This document shows positions 10,074 to 19,829 of a DNA stretch of 64,000 bases, one piece after another (the first letter of the stretch is position 1; the number at the start of each line of letters is the position of its first letter). Under the pieces are notes generated by a model. It had not been told where the DNA came from and ran no database searches. It saw nothing but the letters and a program-made list of their open reading frames with translations. Both the position numbers and the translations under genes were made by a program. Source of the DNA: a bacterium (GTDB lineage: Bacteria > Sysuimicrobiota > Sysuimicrobiia > Sysuimicrobiales > Kaftiobacteriaceae); the NCBI GenBank assembly GCA_036004445.1, contig DASYRL010000012.1, positions 23,853-87,852 of the forward strand. Direction: 5' to 3'.

Positions 10074-11156
10074 ATGAAGTTTACGGTTGTAGGGTCGTAC
10101 GACGATCCGGTCCTGGCGTGGGTCGTCGGCGGGTTGAAAGAGGTTTTCACCCACCACGGCCACACCTACGTCGACGACCCGGACAACGAGGATCTGCGGC
10201 TGGTCATCAACTGCATCGACGTCGAGCATCCCCGTCCGTACCGCCGTAGGGCGAAAGCCGTCTTCGTGCTCTCCATCGCGGTGACCGACCAGAAGCCGGA
10301 GAACGTGCTGAAGCAAGCCTACCCGCTGCTGGTCAGATCGTTGGCCAACCTCTGCCTGTACCTCGTCCGCGACGGCGGCACGGTCAACACCTACTTCGTC
10401 ACCCTGGAGCAAGGCTACTACGCGATCCCCGAGCTGGGCGAGCGAGAGTACTTCGAATACATCTTCAAGCGCCTGTACCCGCTGGCGTCGTCGCAGTTGG
10501 TCATCGACAACCAGTTCGACGCTGACCTGGAGGCGGAGTTATGGCACGGAGACGCGCTGACCGCTCAGCTCTCCGACGCCGGCAAGCGGCTGGACGCCCT
10601 CGACCTGCTGCCGGCGCCGTTCCCGATCCACGAACTGCTCGATGAGCGGGACCTGCGGCACATCGAGCGGCTCTACGGCATCGGCGGGCTCAGCTACGGG
10701 AATCTCAGCGTCCGCAAGGACCCGGCTCGGTTCTGGATGAGCGCGAGCGGCGTTGACAAGTCCAACATGAAGGTGATCGGCCGCGACATGTTGATGGTGA
10801 AGGGGTTTGATGCCGAACGCAACGTGATCCTGCTCAGCGTCCCCCCCGACGTCAAGCCGCGGCGCGTGTCCGTCGACGCCATCGAACACTGGATGATCTA
10901 CACCGAGCATCCCGAGGTCGGCGCGATCGTCCACGTTCACGCCTGGATGGAGAACATCTCGTCGACGACGATCAACTACCCGTGCGGGACGATCCAGCTG
11001 GCCCAGGCGGTAGCCGACGTCGTCCGCGATGCGTCAACGCCGGGCCGCGCCGTCGTCGGCCTGAAGAACCACGGGCTCACGATCACGGGCCCAACGCTAT
11101 CGGATATCTTTGACCGACTAGAGCGGGGGTTCATTCGGCAGGTCCCGATGTCCTGA
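10074..11156 (+). CDS. fusion protein: unknown N-terminal domain + class II aldolase/adducin-family C-terminal domain
   Basis: C-terminal half has class II aldolase signature (SASGVDKS...HVHAW...GLKNHG); ATG 10074 behind GGGAGGAG RBS; N-terminal ~170 aa have no recognisable motif. Confidence 0.65.
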   Translation: MKFTVVGSYDDPVLAWVVGGLKEVFTHHGHTYVDDPDNEDLRLVINCIDVEHPRPYRRRAKAVFVLSIAVTDQKPENVLKQAYPLLVRSLANLCLYLVRDGGTVNTYFVTLEQGYYAIPELGEREYFEYIFKRLYPLASSQLVIDNQFDADLEAELWHGDALTAQLSDAGKRLDALDLLPAPFPIHELLDERDLRHIERLYGIGGLSYGNLSVRKDPARFWMSASGVDKSNMKVIGRDMLMVKGFDAERNVILLSVPPDVKPRRVSVDAIEHWMIYTEHPEVGAIVHVHAWMENISSTTINYPCGTIQLAQAVADVVRDASTPGRAVVGLKNHGLTITGPTLSDIFDRLERGFIRQVPMS

Positions 11157-11167
11157 CTGCGTCCACT

Positions 11168-11260
11168 CAGTCTTCCCTGTCTCCCCAGTCTTCCCAGTCT
11201 CCAACCAGCCCGTGTTGTAGCAGGTAGACAGGGTAGACAGGGTAGACTGGGTAGACTGGG
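11168..11260. repeat. tandem-unit hairpin (CAGTCTYCC units / GGTAGACWG arm)
   Basis: cagtcttccctgtctccccagtcttcccagtctcc ... ggtagacagggtagacagggtagactgggtagactgggtga; second arm runs into the GTG start of the next gene. Confidence 0.85.
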
Positions 11261-12495
11261 TGACGCCTTTGAAAGCTCTGGTATTTGATCCGACGATTCC
11301 GCGCTTCCTGGCGACGAAGGCGCTGTCGGCCGTGTCGCAGAACGCGTTGTGGGGCGCGTGGGCACCGCTGCAATATCGCGAGATCCCGGATCCGCCGCTG
11401 CCGGGGGACGATTGGGTCCGGGTCCGCACCATCCTCGGCGGGGTATGCGGCAGCGATCTCTCCGCAATTCACCTCACGACCAGTCCGGCAGGGTCCGTCC
11501 TGACGTCATTTCCGTGCGTCCTCGGCCACGAAAACGTCGGGACGATTGTCGAAGTGGGGCGGGGCGTGCACGATCTCACCCCCGGCCTGCGGGTCACCGT
11601 GGAACCCACGCTGCCCTGCGCCGCGCGAGGGATCGCTCCGCTCTGCGCCAACTGCGCCACCGGGAACTACAACATCTGCCTGCGCTACACCGAGGGCCAC
11701 ATCAGCCCCGGACTCAGCCTCGGTTTTTGCCGCGATACCGGGGGCAGCTGGGGGCAGACGTTTGTGGCCCATCGTTCCCAGATTCTCCCCGTCCCCGACG
11801 CCGTCTCGGACGAGAACGCCCTAATGGTCGAGCCGATGGCGGTGGCCCTGCACCCGTTTCTGCGACATCCGCTTCATGCCGGACAAACGGTGCTCGTCGT
11901 GGGGGGAGGGGTCATCGGGCAGTCGGTGGTCGCCGTCCTGCGGGCGTTGGGCGCGCCGGTCCGGATCGTTGTGCTGGCGAAGTACGCCTTTCAGGAGCAG
12001 ATGGCGCAGCGGCTGGGTGCGGATGAGACAGTGCGATTGCAGCGCGGCGACGGGCACTACGAGGCGCTGGCGTCGCTGCTGGGGGCGAAGCTGCATCGAC
12101 CGTTGATCGGATCTCGCGTGCCTGTCGGCGGAGGCGCCGACGTCACCGTCGAGTGCGTCGGCGGCGGCCGCAGTATCGGAGATGCGCTGTGGTGGACGCG
12201 CCCGGGTGGCTCCATGATCCTGCTGGGGGTGGCGGCCCTGCCGCGTGGGGTGGACTGGACGCCGATCTGGCTGAACGAGCTGCGCGTGCTCGGCAGCTAC
12301 ATCTACAGCATGGAGTCGTGGGAAGGCCGCCGCGTGCGCACGATGGACCTCGTGCTGGACTGGATCGCGCGCGGCCGGCTCGATCCGGCGCCGCTGGTGA
12401 CGCACCGGTTTCCGCTGAGCGACTACACCGGGGCGCTACGAACCGCGATGGGGAAGGCCCACTCGCAGGCTTTCAAGGTGGCCTTCACTCCTTAA
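11260..12495 (+). CDS. zinc-dependent alcohol dehydrogenase family (MDR; sorbitol/threonine dehydrogenase-like)
   Basis: GVCGSDLS, GHENVGTIVEVG, VVGGGVIGQ nucleotide-binding motif. Confidence 0.85.
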   Translation: MTPLKALVFDPTIPRFLATKALSAVSQNALWGAWAPLQYREIPDPPLPGDDWVRVRTILGGVCGSDLSAIHLTTSPAGSVLTSFPCVLGHENVGTIVEVGRGVHDLTPGLRVTVEPTLPCAARGIAPLCANCATGNYNICLRYTEGHISPGLSLGFCRDTGGSWGQTFVAHRSQILPVPDAVSDENALMVEPMAVALHPFLRHPLHAGQTVLVVGGGVIGQSVVAVLRALGAPVRIVVLAKYAFQEQMAQRLGADETVRLQRGDGHYEALASLLGAKLHRPLIGSRVPVGGGADVTVECVGGGRSIGDALWWTRPGGSMILLGVAALPRGVDWTPIWLNELRVLGSYIYSMESWEGRRVRTMDLVLDWIARGRLDPAPLVTHRFPLSDYTGALRTAMGKAHSQAFKVAFTP

Positions 12496-12498
12496 GAG

Positions 12499-12599
12499 CG
12501 TCTACTCAGTCTTCTCAGTCTCCTCCGTCTACTCCGTGCCACGCACGGATGTTGGGTGAGACGGTGAAGACGGAGTAGACGGTGGAGACGGTGAAGACG
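12499..12599. repeat. tandem-unit hairpin (GTCTNC units) between convergent genes
   Basis: cgtctactcagtcttctcagtctcctccgtctactccgtg ... gagacggtgaagacggagtagacggtggagacggtgaagacg. Confidence 0.85.
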
Positions 12600-12607
12600 C
12601 AGTTGGG

Positions 12608-13882
12608 TTAAGGGTAGATGCCCCTGGTCATGAGTGCGTCCGCGACCCGGCGGACCGCAAAGATTAGGGCGGCGGTGCGCAGGTCGACCTCGCGCTCCCG
12701 CGCCAGCTCGACGACGCTGTGGAAACTGCGCACGATGATGCGCTCGAGCCGCTCGTTGATCTCGGCTTCGCTCCAGAACAACGACTGCAGGTCCTGCACC
12801 CACTCAAAGTAGGAGACGACAACCCCGCCGGCGTTGGCCAGGATATCGGGGACGATGAACACCCCGCGTTCCTCCAGGATCTCGTCGGCTTCCGGGGTGG
12901 TGGGGCCGTTGGCGCCTTCGACGATGAGGCGCGCTTTAATCCGCGCGGCGTTGTCCCGCGTGATCTGGCCTTCAATGGCGGCCGGGACGAGGAAGTCGCA
13001 GGGGACTTCCAGCAACTGCGCGTTCGAGACCGGCTCGGTTTGCGGGAACCCGGCGACGCCGCCGGTCTCCTTCACGTGACGCAGGACGGCGCGGGGATCG
13101 AAGCCGCCGGAATTGTAGATACCGCCGGCGATGTCGCTGACCGCGACGACCCGGCAGCCCTGGTCGTGCATGAGATAGGCGGCGGTGGCACCGACGTTGC
13201 CGAATCCCTGGACGGCCACGCGCGCGCCGGCGAAGGGAACGTCACGTACGCGCGCGGCTTCGCGCGCGGCAATCATCACGCCGCGGCCGGTCGCCTCGCG
13301 CCGCCCGGCCGACCCGCCGATCGAGATCGGCTTCCCCGTCACGGCGGCGGTGATCGAGTGCCCCGCGTGCATGCTCAAGGTATCCATGAACCACGCCATG
13401 ATCTGGTCATTCGTGCCCACGTCGGGCGCAGGGATGTCGCGGTCCGCCCCCACGATGACGCTGATCTCCGACGCATACCGCCGGGTCAACCGTTCCAGCT
13501 CAGCGGTCGACAGCGCCCGCGGGTCACAGGCAACGCCCCCTTTTGCCCCGCCGTAGGGCAGGTGCATCAGGGCGCACTTCCAGGTCATCCACATCGCCAG
13601 CGCGCGGACTTCGCTGACGTTCACGTGCGGGCTGTAGCGGATGCCGCCCTTGGTCGGCCCGAGCACCATGCTGTGGTGGATCCGGTACCCGGTGAAGATG
13701 GAGACGGTACCGTCATCCATCTTCACCGGGAAGTTGACGGTAAGCTCGCGCTGCGGATGGGCGAGGTACTCCCGGATGCCGCGCTTCATCGGGACGTGCT
13801 CGCACGCACGGTAGAACTGGCGCAGCGCCATCTCCCAGGGGTCGTCGGCAGGTCGCGGCGGAGCCGGGATGATCTGTTTCAT
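12608..13882 (-). CDS. gdhA: NAD(P)-specific glutamate dehydrogenase
   Basis: GGAKGGVACDP, GFGNVGATAAY and Glu/Leu/Phe/Val dehydrogenase family blocks. Confidence 0.93.
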   Translation of the reverse strand: MKQIIPAPPRPADDPWEMALRQFYRACEHVPMKRGIREYLAHPQRELTVNFPVKMDDGTVSIFTGYRIHHSMVLGPTKGGIRYSPHVNVSEVRALAMWMTWKCALMHLPYGGAKGGVACDPRALSTAELERLTRRYASEISVIVGADRDIPAPDVGTNDQIMAWFMDTLSMHAGHSITAAVTGKPISIGGSAGRREATGRGVMIAAREAARVRDVPFAGARVAVQGFGNVGATAAYLMHDQGCRVVAVSDIAGGIYNSGGFDPRAVLRHVKETGGVAGFPQTEPVSNAQLLEVPCDFLVPAAIEGQITRDNAARIKARLIVEGANGPTTPEADEILEERGVFIVPDILANAGGVVVSYFEWVQDLQSLFWSEAEINERLERIIVRSFHSVVELAREREVDLRTAALIFAVRRVADALMTRGIYP

Positions 13883-14033
13883 CTTCGAGTCGTGTTTGAT
13901 TTACCCGTGCGTCGAACCTGTCCTGCCGCCCAGCGTCAGCCGGCACACGGCAGCGCGGTCGGGTGCGCGCCGGATGGTCGGGACCTGTGTGGTACGGTAG
14001 TCTGAAGGCGATGGCGATGAGTGGAGGTGGCGA

Positions 14034-14405
14034 ATGTTTCTCGACGAGCTGATGAAGCGGTTTGCGGATATGCAGACCCAGGCCACGGCGAAGACGGTGG
14101 TCGGCGAGCCGATGCAGATCAACGGGCGCACCATCATCCCGCTGGCGTCGGTGTCCTATGGTTTCGGCATGGGCGGCGGGCAGGGCCCGAAGGGCGAGGC
14201 AGGCAAAGACGCGCCCGTCGGCGGTGGTGGGGGCGGGGGAGCCCGCATCGAGCCGGTGGCGTTCCTGGAGATTACCGACGGCGCGCTGAAGATTCAGCCG
14301 GTCGTGAACGTCAACCGGATCGCGATCGTGGCGCTGCTGGTGGCGGGATGGGCCGCGTTCTGGTTCAGCCGGGCCAGGCGATCGCGGCGAGCATCCACAG
14401 CCTAG
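14034..14405 (+). CDS. GerW/YtfJ-family sporulation protein
   Basis: VVGEPMQINGRTIIPLASVSYGFGMGGG...GGGGGGGARIEPVAFLEI pattern; GGAGGTGG RBS. Confidence 0.65.
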   Translation: MFLDELMKRFADMQTQATAKTVVGEPMQINGRTIIPLASVSYGFGMGGGQGPKGEAGKDAPVGGGGGGGARIEPVAFLEITDGALKIQPVVNVNRIAIVALLVAGWAAFWFSRARRSRRASTA

Positions 14406-14449
14406 GAGCTAGGATCGTTTTCAAAGGGTGTGGGAACCGCCCGCCGGTT

Positions 14450-15568
14450 TCATAAGGTCCGGGAAATCCACTCCCCGACCAGGTAGCCGATCGCGGCGAT
14501 GCCGAGCCCGACGATGAACATGTCCGCTCCGCTGCGGAACGCTCCCCGGCCGGTGAACACGCTGCGGGCGGCGCCGACGCCGAAGTGCGAGAGCATGCTG
14601 ATGGTGAATGCCGTCAAGATCGCCGGCCGGCCCTGCATGATGAGGAACGGGAAGACAGGGATGAACGCGCCGACGGCTGTGGCCACTCCGGTAATCCACC
14701 CCTCGCGTAGCGGCGACATCGTCGCCTCGGCGATGCCCAATTCCATATGCGTCTTCTCGCGCAGGGCCCGCTCGGGATCTTCCATGACCTGCGCCGCGGC
14801 GCGCTTGGCTTCGGCCGGATCGAGCCCTCGCGTCTCGTACAATAGGGCCAGTTCCGCCTGCTCGAGGTCGGGCATCAGGCGCAGTTCTTCGCGTTCCACC
14901 GCAATCTCATGGGTGTAGACTTCCCGCTCGCTCTTGGCCGCGAGGAATCCGCTGCTGCCCATGGACAGGGCGTCGGCGATGAGGCCGGCCACCCCGGATA
15001 CCACGATGATGTGGTGGGGAACACTGGCACCCAGCACGCCCATCACGAGCCCGAAGTTCGCGGTCAGGCCGTCGTTGAAGCCGTACACGGCGTTGCGCAG
15101 GAAGCCGCCCGACGCCGTGCGGTGCCAGGGTTCTCCGGAGACCCCCAGCAGTTCGCCGAGCTGCTCCGCGTGTTCCGCGGACTCTTTGGCCAGTTCCGCG
15201 GCAGCTTGTGACGCTTCAGATTTCTGGTAGGCTTCCGCTCCGCGCAGGTAGCCTTTGGTCTCGCGGCCTTCCTCGCTGAGCAACAGAGAGGCCAAGAGCC
15301 GCCAGCCGAACATCCGGCCCATCATCGCCATGATCCGGGCGCGGAGGCTGGGGTGGTGAGGCGGCAGCTCGACGCCGGCGCCGTGGAGGACCTCCGCCCA
15401 TCGTGCGAGATGCTGATCCTCCACGCCGGCTAAGCCGCTGAAGACCCGTTTGCGCTGGGGGTCGGTCTCCCGCGAAACGATCTCCCGGTAGAGAAACGCG
15501 GCGTCGCCTTCGTCCTGCCAGTGCTCGTGCCAGATCTTCAGTTGATTGCCAGAAGTGCCGTTACGCAT
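14450..15568 (-). CDS. VIT1/CCC1-family iron/manganese transporter with N-terminal ferritin-like domain
   Basis: N-terminal ferritin/rubrerythrin-like helices (EGDAAFLYREI, EDQHLARWAE) fused to a VIT1 membrane domain. Confidence 0.8.
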   Translation of the reverse strand: MRNGTSGNQLKIWHEHWQDEGDAAFLYREIVSRETDPQRKRVFSGLAGVEDQHLARWAEVLHGAGVELPPHHPSLRARIMAMMGRMFGWRLLASLLLSEEGRETKGYLRGAEAYQKSEASQAAAELAKESAEHAEQLGELLGVSGEPWHRTASGGFLRNAVYGFNDGLTANFGLVMGVLGASVPHHIIVVSGVAGLIADALSMGSSGFLAAKSEREVYTHEIAVEREELRLMPDLEQAELALLYETRGLDPAEAKRAAAQVMEDPERALREKTHMELGIAEATMSPLREGWITGVATAVGAFIPVFPFLIMQGRPAILTAFTISMLSHFGVGAARSVFTGRGAFRSGADMFIVGLGIAAIGYLVGEWISRTL

Positions 15569-15574
15569 TGTTCA

Positions 15575-16435
15575 CTATAGTACTCTGCCTGCCACTCGCG
15601 GACCACTCCCGGAAGGTTGGTGGAGTTTGATGATAGCGCATTGCGAACGCCGAATCGCGCGGCCCGATCCAGATGCTTTGAGTTTCCGAATCCGATCTCC
15701 CAGACGTACCGCTCGATGTCTCTCCGTCGCGTCAGATACCACGGAGTAGCCGCTGATCCTAGACGGATGATAACCCAGATTGAGGAGGATCTTCCTGGTT
15801 CCGTCCAGCAAAGGGATCGAACGGTTCTTGAACAACATCTGCGGCGCGTTGAAGTGTTTCAGAAGATAGATGGAGCCATCTGTGTCGAAGAATCCGCGGA
15901 CGAATCGTTGTTGGTACTCAATCTCACTCAGGATCCAATCTGGAATGCCAACCTGATCTTTGACTTTGTTCGCCGAATAGAGTCCAATGCTGGGCAGCTC
16001 TCTCATAAGAGGGGTCGAGGTGAGGTAAAGGTCAACCACTGAGTGATCTTTCACTTGGCTCCTAGGCGGTCTGTAGTGGAACAAGGCTTCAACCAGGTCT
16101 TGAACGTAGGCGACGTATTGAGCGTCCGTCTTGATGTTGGCTGTGATGGTAAGCTGGCGCGTTCCTAGATGGCCATCTCCAAGCATGATGCCGCAGAACT
16201 CAGCCAGGTCACCGGAATGTGCAGGCACGTGGAGTATCCTCGCGTTGTGGCTTCCTCGTTGAGGGCCCTTCGGCTGAGTAGGAATTCCCAGTCGTACGAG
16301 ACGATCATATATAGAACCTGGGTGCAATTTCAGTATTGCCCCTGTCTCGAAGATGGTTTTGTTCTGACGTACGTAGAGTTCAGTTAGCTCCTCACGCTTC
16401 TCGCGCTCCTCCAGTTCGGTCCATCGCCGCGGCAT
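15575..16435 (-). CDS. free-standing double-motif LAGLIDADG homing endonuclease with N-terminal HTH-like region
   Basis: Two dodecapeptide motifs GIMLGDGHL and GFFDTDGSIYL; gene GC is markedly lower than its surroundings; stop lies 6 nt from the VIT start. Confidence 0.8.
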   Translation of the reverse strand: MPRRWTELEEREKREELTELYVRQNKTIFETGAILKLHPGSIYDRLVRLGIPTQPKGPQRGSHNARILHVPAHSGDLAEFCGIMLGDGHLGTRQLTITANIKTDAQYVAYVQDLVEALFHYRPPRSQVKDHSVVDLYLTSTPLMRELPSIGLYSANKVKDQVGIPDWILSEIEYQQRFVRGFFDTDGSIYLLKHFNAPQMLFKNRSIPLLDGTRKILLNLGYHPSRISGYSVVSDATERHRAVRLGDRIRKLKASGSGRAIRRSQCAIIKLHQPSGSGPRVAGRVL

Positions 16436-16557
16436 GACTCAAGCGTATTGTTGAGAGCGAGGCTGCGTCAATCCGAACACCTCGAATTGGCCCGACCGAG
16501 CCACTGGCACCGTTCTTGATGCAGCAAAGGTTCAACGTATGATAAGATGTCGGCAAT

Positions 16558-16644
16558 GGGCGGGTGCTGTGAGCGGCAAAACGGGCTGACTGTAGATCAG
16601 CTGGCTTAACGCCTACGGAGGTTCGAGTCCTCTCCCGCCCACCA
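16558..16644 (+). tRNA. tRNA-Tyr (anticodon GTA), long variable arm, CCA encoded
   Basis: Acceptor GGGCGGG/CCCGCCC, anticodon stem GCTGA/TCAGC with loop CTGTAGA, T-loop GGTTCGAGTCC, 3' ACCA; folded by hand, D-arm atypical. Confidence 0.75.
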
Positions 16645-16652
16645 TTTGAAGG

Positions 16653-16754
16653 CCAGTCTACCCAGTCTACCCAGTCTACCCAGTCTACCCGGTCTACCCA
16701 GTCAATAGAGGTGAGGCAGGTAGAGCGCTTGAGACTGGGAAGACTGGGTAGACG
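16653..16754. repeat. tandem-unit hairpin (CAGTCTACC x5 / GGTAGAC arm) immediately 3' of tRNA-Tyr
   Basis: ccagtctacccagtctacccagtctacccagtctacccggtctacccagtc ... ggtagagcgcttgagactgggaagactgggtagacg. Confidence 0.85.
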
Positions 16755-16766
16755 CAGTTGTCCTGG

Positions 16767-16837
<71 letters not shown>

Positions 16838-16840
<3 letters not shown>

Positions 16841-16869
16841 TGAACCACTGGCTGCACTCAGGTTCATGG
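16838..16869. repeat. REP-like 32-nt hairpin, copy 3 (reverse orientation), sharing the CCA of tRNA-Gly
   Basis: ccatgaacc-actggctgcactca-ggttcatgg; same stem as 51932..51963 and 26522..26553. Confidence 0.8.
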
Positions 16870-17020
16870 CGATGCCATGTTTCTCGCTAAGATCTTCTTC
16901 AGATTCTTCAGGCGCCGACGATCGGGACCACCTCGACCATCGGCAAGAGGACTTCGCCGGTGGCAGGCCGAATTCAGTCTGAAATCAAGCGGAAGTCATC
17001 AATCCAGTGAGGTGAATTGG

Positions 17021-17491
17021 ATGAGGCGAGTGCTCGCAGTCGTCCTGTGTGCCCTCTTGATCATGATCGCCACGGCCGTGAGTGGTCAGGGACGCATCGA
17101 CCCCAACGGTCGGCCGACCGCGTACGATCCGGAAGGGCAGCAGTCGTTGTGGATCTGGTTCGACGGCGACGTCTGGCGCGTCCGCGCGACGACCCAGAAG
17201 ACCCGGCATGTCTTCAACGGGTGGGTGCAGTTCCAGCGCGGGCTGCTGGCGCTCGGGAAGGATGACATCGAAGGCAACGTCGACATCGTCTCCCGCTTTG
17301 GCGACCGCGTCGGCTTCCATCTCGTCGCCGCGGGCGACGTGGACGGATTCAACCTGCGCACCGCGCGGGGGACGCCGGTGACGTTCTATGTCGAGATCGA
17401 CGGGCGCACCGGAGGCAAAGCGCTGGAGAAGATCTTCGTCGGGCGGCGGAACCGGAATCCCAGCGGCAACCCGTTCACGCTGTACCCGTAG
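17021..17491 (+). CDS. secreted hypothetical protein (signal peptide)
   Basis: ATG 17021 behind GTGAGGTGA RBS; N-terminal MRRVLAVVLCALLIMIATAVSG signal; ORF opens earlier (16877) in lower-GC DNA. Confidence 0.5.
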   Translation: MRRVLAVVLCALLIMIATAVSGQGRIDPNGRPTAYDPEGQQSLWIWFDGDVWRVRATTQKTRHVFNGWVQFQRGLLALGKDDIEGNVDIVSRFGDRVGFHLVAAGDVDGFNLRTARGTPVTFYVEIDGRTGGKALEKIFVGRRNRNPSGNPFTLYP

Positions 17492-17558
17492 TCTGAATCG
17501 CGGTTTCCTCTCAGCTGGCCCGGTACGCCGCCGGCGTGCCGGGCCTATTATTGAATTG

Positions 17559-18425
17559 ATGACGGCGCACATCCTCGACGGACGGGCGGTCGCGGCGCAG
17601 GTCGAAGCCGAGGTGGCGGCACAGGTGCGCGTGGTGACCGAGCAGGCCGGCACCTCGCCCGGACTGGCGGCCATCCTCGTTGGCGATGATGCCGCGTCGG
17701 CGCTCTACGTCCGGCGGAAGGGGGAAGCCGCGGGGCGCACCGGGATTCGTTCCGAAACCTACCAGCTCCCCGCCGAGACGGCCGAACAGGACGTCCTCAG
17801 CCTCATCGATGAGCTCAATGCCCGGCCGGACATTCACGGCATCCTCCCGCAGCAGCCGATGCCCCCGCAGATCAATCCCGACCACGTGTTTGCGCGCCTG
17901 GATCCCCGCAAGGACGTGGACGGTCTGAGCCCCGCCAACCTCGCCGCGCTCCTCGCCGGGCGGCCCGACCTCGTGCCCTGCACGCCCTCGGGGATCATGG
18001 TGCTGCTGGCTCACGCCGGGGTCGATCCCGCGGGGCTGGACGCCGTGGTGATCGGCCGCAGTCTGATCGTCGGCCGTCCGATCGCCTTGCTGCTGCTGCA
18101 AGCGAACGCGACCGTCACATGGTGCCACACGCGCACTCGCGAACTGGCCTCACACACGCGTCGGGCGGACATCCTGATCGCGGCCGCGGGCCGGCCCGGG
18201 CTGGTCACGGGCGAGATGGTCAAACCCGGAGCCGTCGTGATTGACGTCGGGATCACCCGCGTCAACGGCAAGTTGAGAGGCGACGTTGACTACGCCTCCG
18301 CCGCCGCCGTCGCGGGATGGATTACCCCCGTCCCCGGCGGCGTCGGGCCAATGACCATCGCAATGCTGCTTCGAAATACCGTCCAGGCTGCCGCTGGGCT
18401 CCTGCGAGTCCCTCGAACCATCTAG
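17559..18425 (+). CDS. folD: bifunctional methylenetetrahydrofolate dehydrogenase / methenyl-THF cyclohydrolase
   Basis: ILVGDDAASALYVRRK, PCTPSGIM, GRSLIVGRP, PVPGGVGPMTIAMLL blocks. Confidence 0.92.
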   Translation: MTAHILDGRAVAAQVEAEVAAQVRVVTEQAGTSPGLAAILVGDDAASALYVRRKGEAAGRTGIRSETYQLPAETAEQDVLSLIDELNARPDIHGILPQQPMPPQINPDHVFARLDPRKDVDGLSPANLAALLAGRPDLVPCTPSGIMVLLAHAGVDPAGLDAVVIGRSLIVGRPIALLLLQANATVTWCHTRTRELASHTRRADILIAAAGRPGLVTGEMVKPGAVVIDVGITRVNGKLRGDVDYASAAAVAGWITPVPGGVGPMTIAMLLRNTVQAAAGLLRVPRTI

Positions 18426-18454
18426 ACTTTTGAATATGTGGATCGGTGTCCCAA

Positions 18455-18484
18455 CGGTTCCCTGTTCCCGGTTCCCCGCTCCCG
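18455..18484. repeat. tandem GTTCCCNG array (complement of the 6439 array) in the folD-folC spacer
   Basis: ggttccctgttcccggttccccgctcccgg directly upstream of the folC ATG. Confidence 0.75.
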
Positions 18485-18491
18485 GTCTTCC

Positions 18492-19829
18492 ATGACGTAC
18501 GACGACGCGCTGGCGTTCATCAACGGCCTGCTCGACCGCGGCAACGCGCCGCCCATCGGCTACGAAGAGCGGCGGCTCCGGCGGATGGAGGACCTGCTCG
18601 CCCGCCTGGGCGACCCACATCGCCGCCTGCGCACGGTGCTGGTCGCGGGGACCAAAGGCAAAGGCTCGACCGCCATCATGCTCTCCTCGATCCTGGAAGC
18701 CACCGGGCGCAGGGTGGGACTGTACACCAAGCCGCACCTGGTCGACTACCGCGAGCGGATCCGGATCAACGGCGCGCTGATCTCCCCCACGGCACTGGCC
18801 GACGGGGTTGCGCGCGTCCGGCCTCACGTTGAGGCCATGCGGTCGGGGCCGTTCGGGCGCCCCACCTATTTTGAAGTGGCCGTGGCACTGGCCATGGAGT
18901 ACTTCGTTCGGAAGGCGGTCGATCTCGCGGTGATGGAGGTAGGGCTCGGCGGGCGGCTGGATGCGACCAACGTGGCGGAGCCGATCCTGTCGATTCTCAC
19001 CCCGGTCAGTTTTGATCACATGGAGGTCCTCGGCGAGACGCTGGCGTCGATCACGCGGGAGAAGGCGGGAATCATCCGCCCGCACGGCATGGTCGTCAGC
19101 GCCCCGCAGGCGCCCGAGGCACTGGCGGAAATTATCGGCGTGTGTAACGCGCAGGACGCAACGCTGATCGTCGCCGACGAGATCATGCAGTGGAGGCTGC
19201 TGCACACCAGGGTCCACGATCAGACGTTCCGGCTGCGCAGTCCCTCGCGCGACTACGGCACGCTGACGCTGCCGCTGGTCGGAACGCATCAGCTGGAGAA
19301 TGCGGCGACCGCGGTTGCCGCCGCTGAGGCACTATCCCGTCGCGGGGTCTCATGCTCGGAGGAGGCGGTGCGGGTCGGATTAGCCGCCCTCCGTTGGCCC
19401 GCCAGAGTCGAAGTGATCCGGGAGCGTCCGGCCGTGGTGCTCGACGTCGCGCACAACCCCGCATCGATCGCGGCCCTGCGCCACACGCTGGAGGCGCTGT
19501 TCCCCCGGCGGCGGTTCATCCTGGTCTTCGGCATGGTGGCCACGCACGATCACCGCGCGTCGACCAGCCTGATCGCCCCGCTGGCGGACACCGTCATCGC
19601 CACCACTCCCCAGCACGTCCGTCCGCTGCCGGCGGCCGCGCTGGCCGAAGAAGCGGCCCGCTACGCGCCCGCTGTGGAAGTCATCCCCGACCGTTTCGCC
19701 GCAGTCGATCGTGCGCTGGCGCTCGCGGGCTCGGACGACGTCGTCGTGATCACCGGGTCCTTTTTCCTCGTGGGAGACGTGAGGGAACATCTGATAAGCA
19801 AGGTCGGGATAAGAGGGATAATGGGATAA
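18492..19829 (+). CDS. folC: folylpolyglutamate synthase / dihydrofolate synthase
   Basis: VAGTKGKGST P-loop, Mur-ligase-family middle and C-terminal domains. Confidence 0.9.
   Translation: MTYDDALAFINGLLDRGNAPPIGYEERRLRRMEDLLARLGDPHRRLRTVLVAGTKGKGSTAIMLSSILEATGRRVGLYTKPHLVDYRERIRINGALISPTALADGVARVRPHVEAMRSGPFGRPTYFEVAVALAMEYFVRKAVDLAVMEVGLGGRLDATNVAEPILSILTPVSFDHMEVLGETLASITREKAGIIRPHGMVVSAPQAPEALAEIIGVCNAQDATLIVADEIMQWRLLHTRVHDQTFRLRSPSRDYGTLTLPLVGTHQLENAATAVAAAEALSRRGVSCSEEAVRVGLAALRWPARVEVIRERPAVVLDVAHNPASIAALRHTLEALFPRRRFILVFGMVATHDHRASTSLIAPLADTVIATTPQHVRPLPAAALAEEAARYAPAVEVIPDRFAAVDRALALAGSDDVVVITGSFFLVGDVREHLISKVGIRGIMG

Noticed and set aside
15575-16557. LAGLIDADG gene residing in a group I intron of a tRNA
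   Set aside because: Both adjacent tRNAs are uninterrupted. The homing-endonuclease gene is on the opposite strand 120 nt upstream of tRNA-Tyr, and no P-helix-like intron core is evident.
16558-16644. Possible tmRNA 3' domain or tRNA-Sec instead of tRNA-Tyr
   Set aside because: Length (87 nt) and a complete anticodon arm with GUA, plus a long variable arm, fit a type II tRNA-Tyr. There is no upstream tmRNA-like 5' domain, and no UCA anticodon or 8-bp acceptor for Sec.
18150-19289. 379-aa minus-strand ORF
   Set aside because: Antisense to folD/folC; no motifs; GC-bias artefact.
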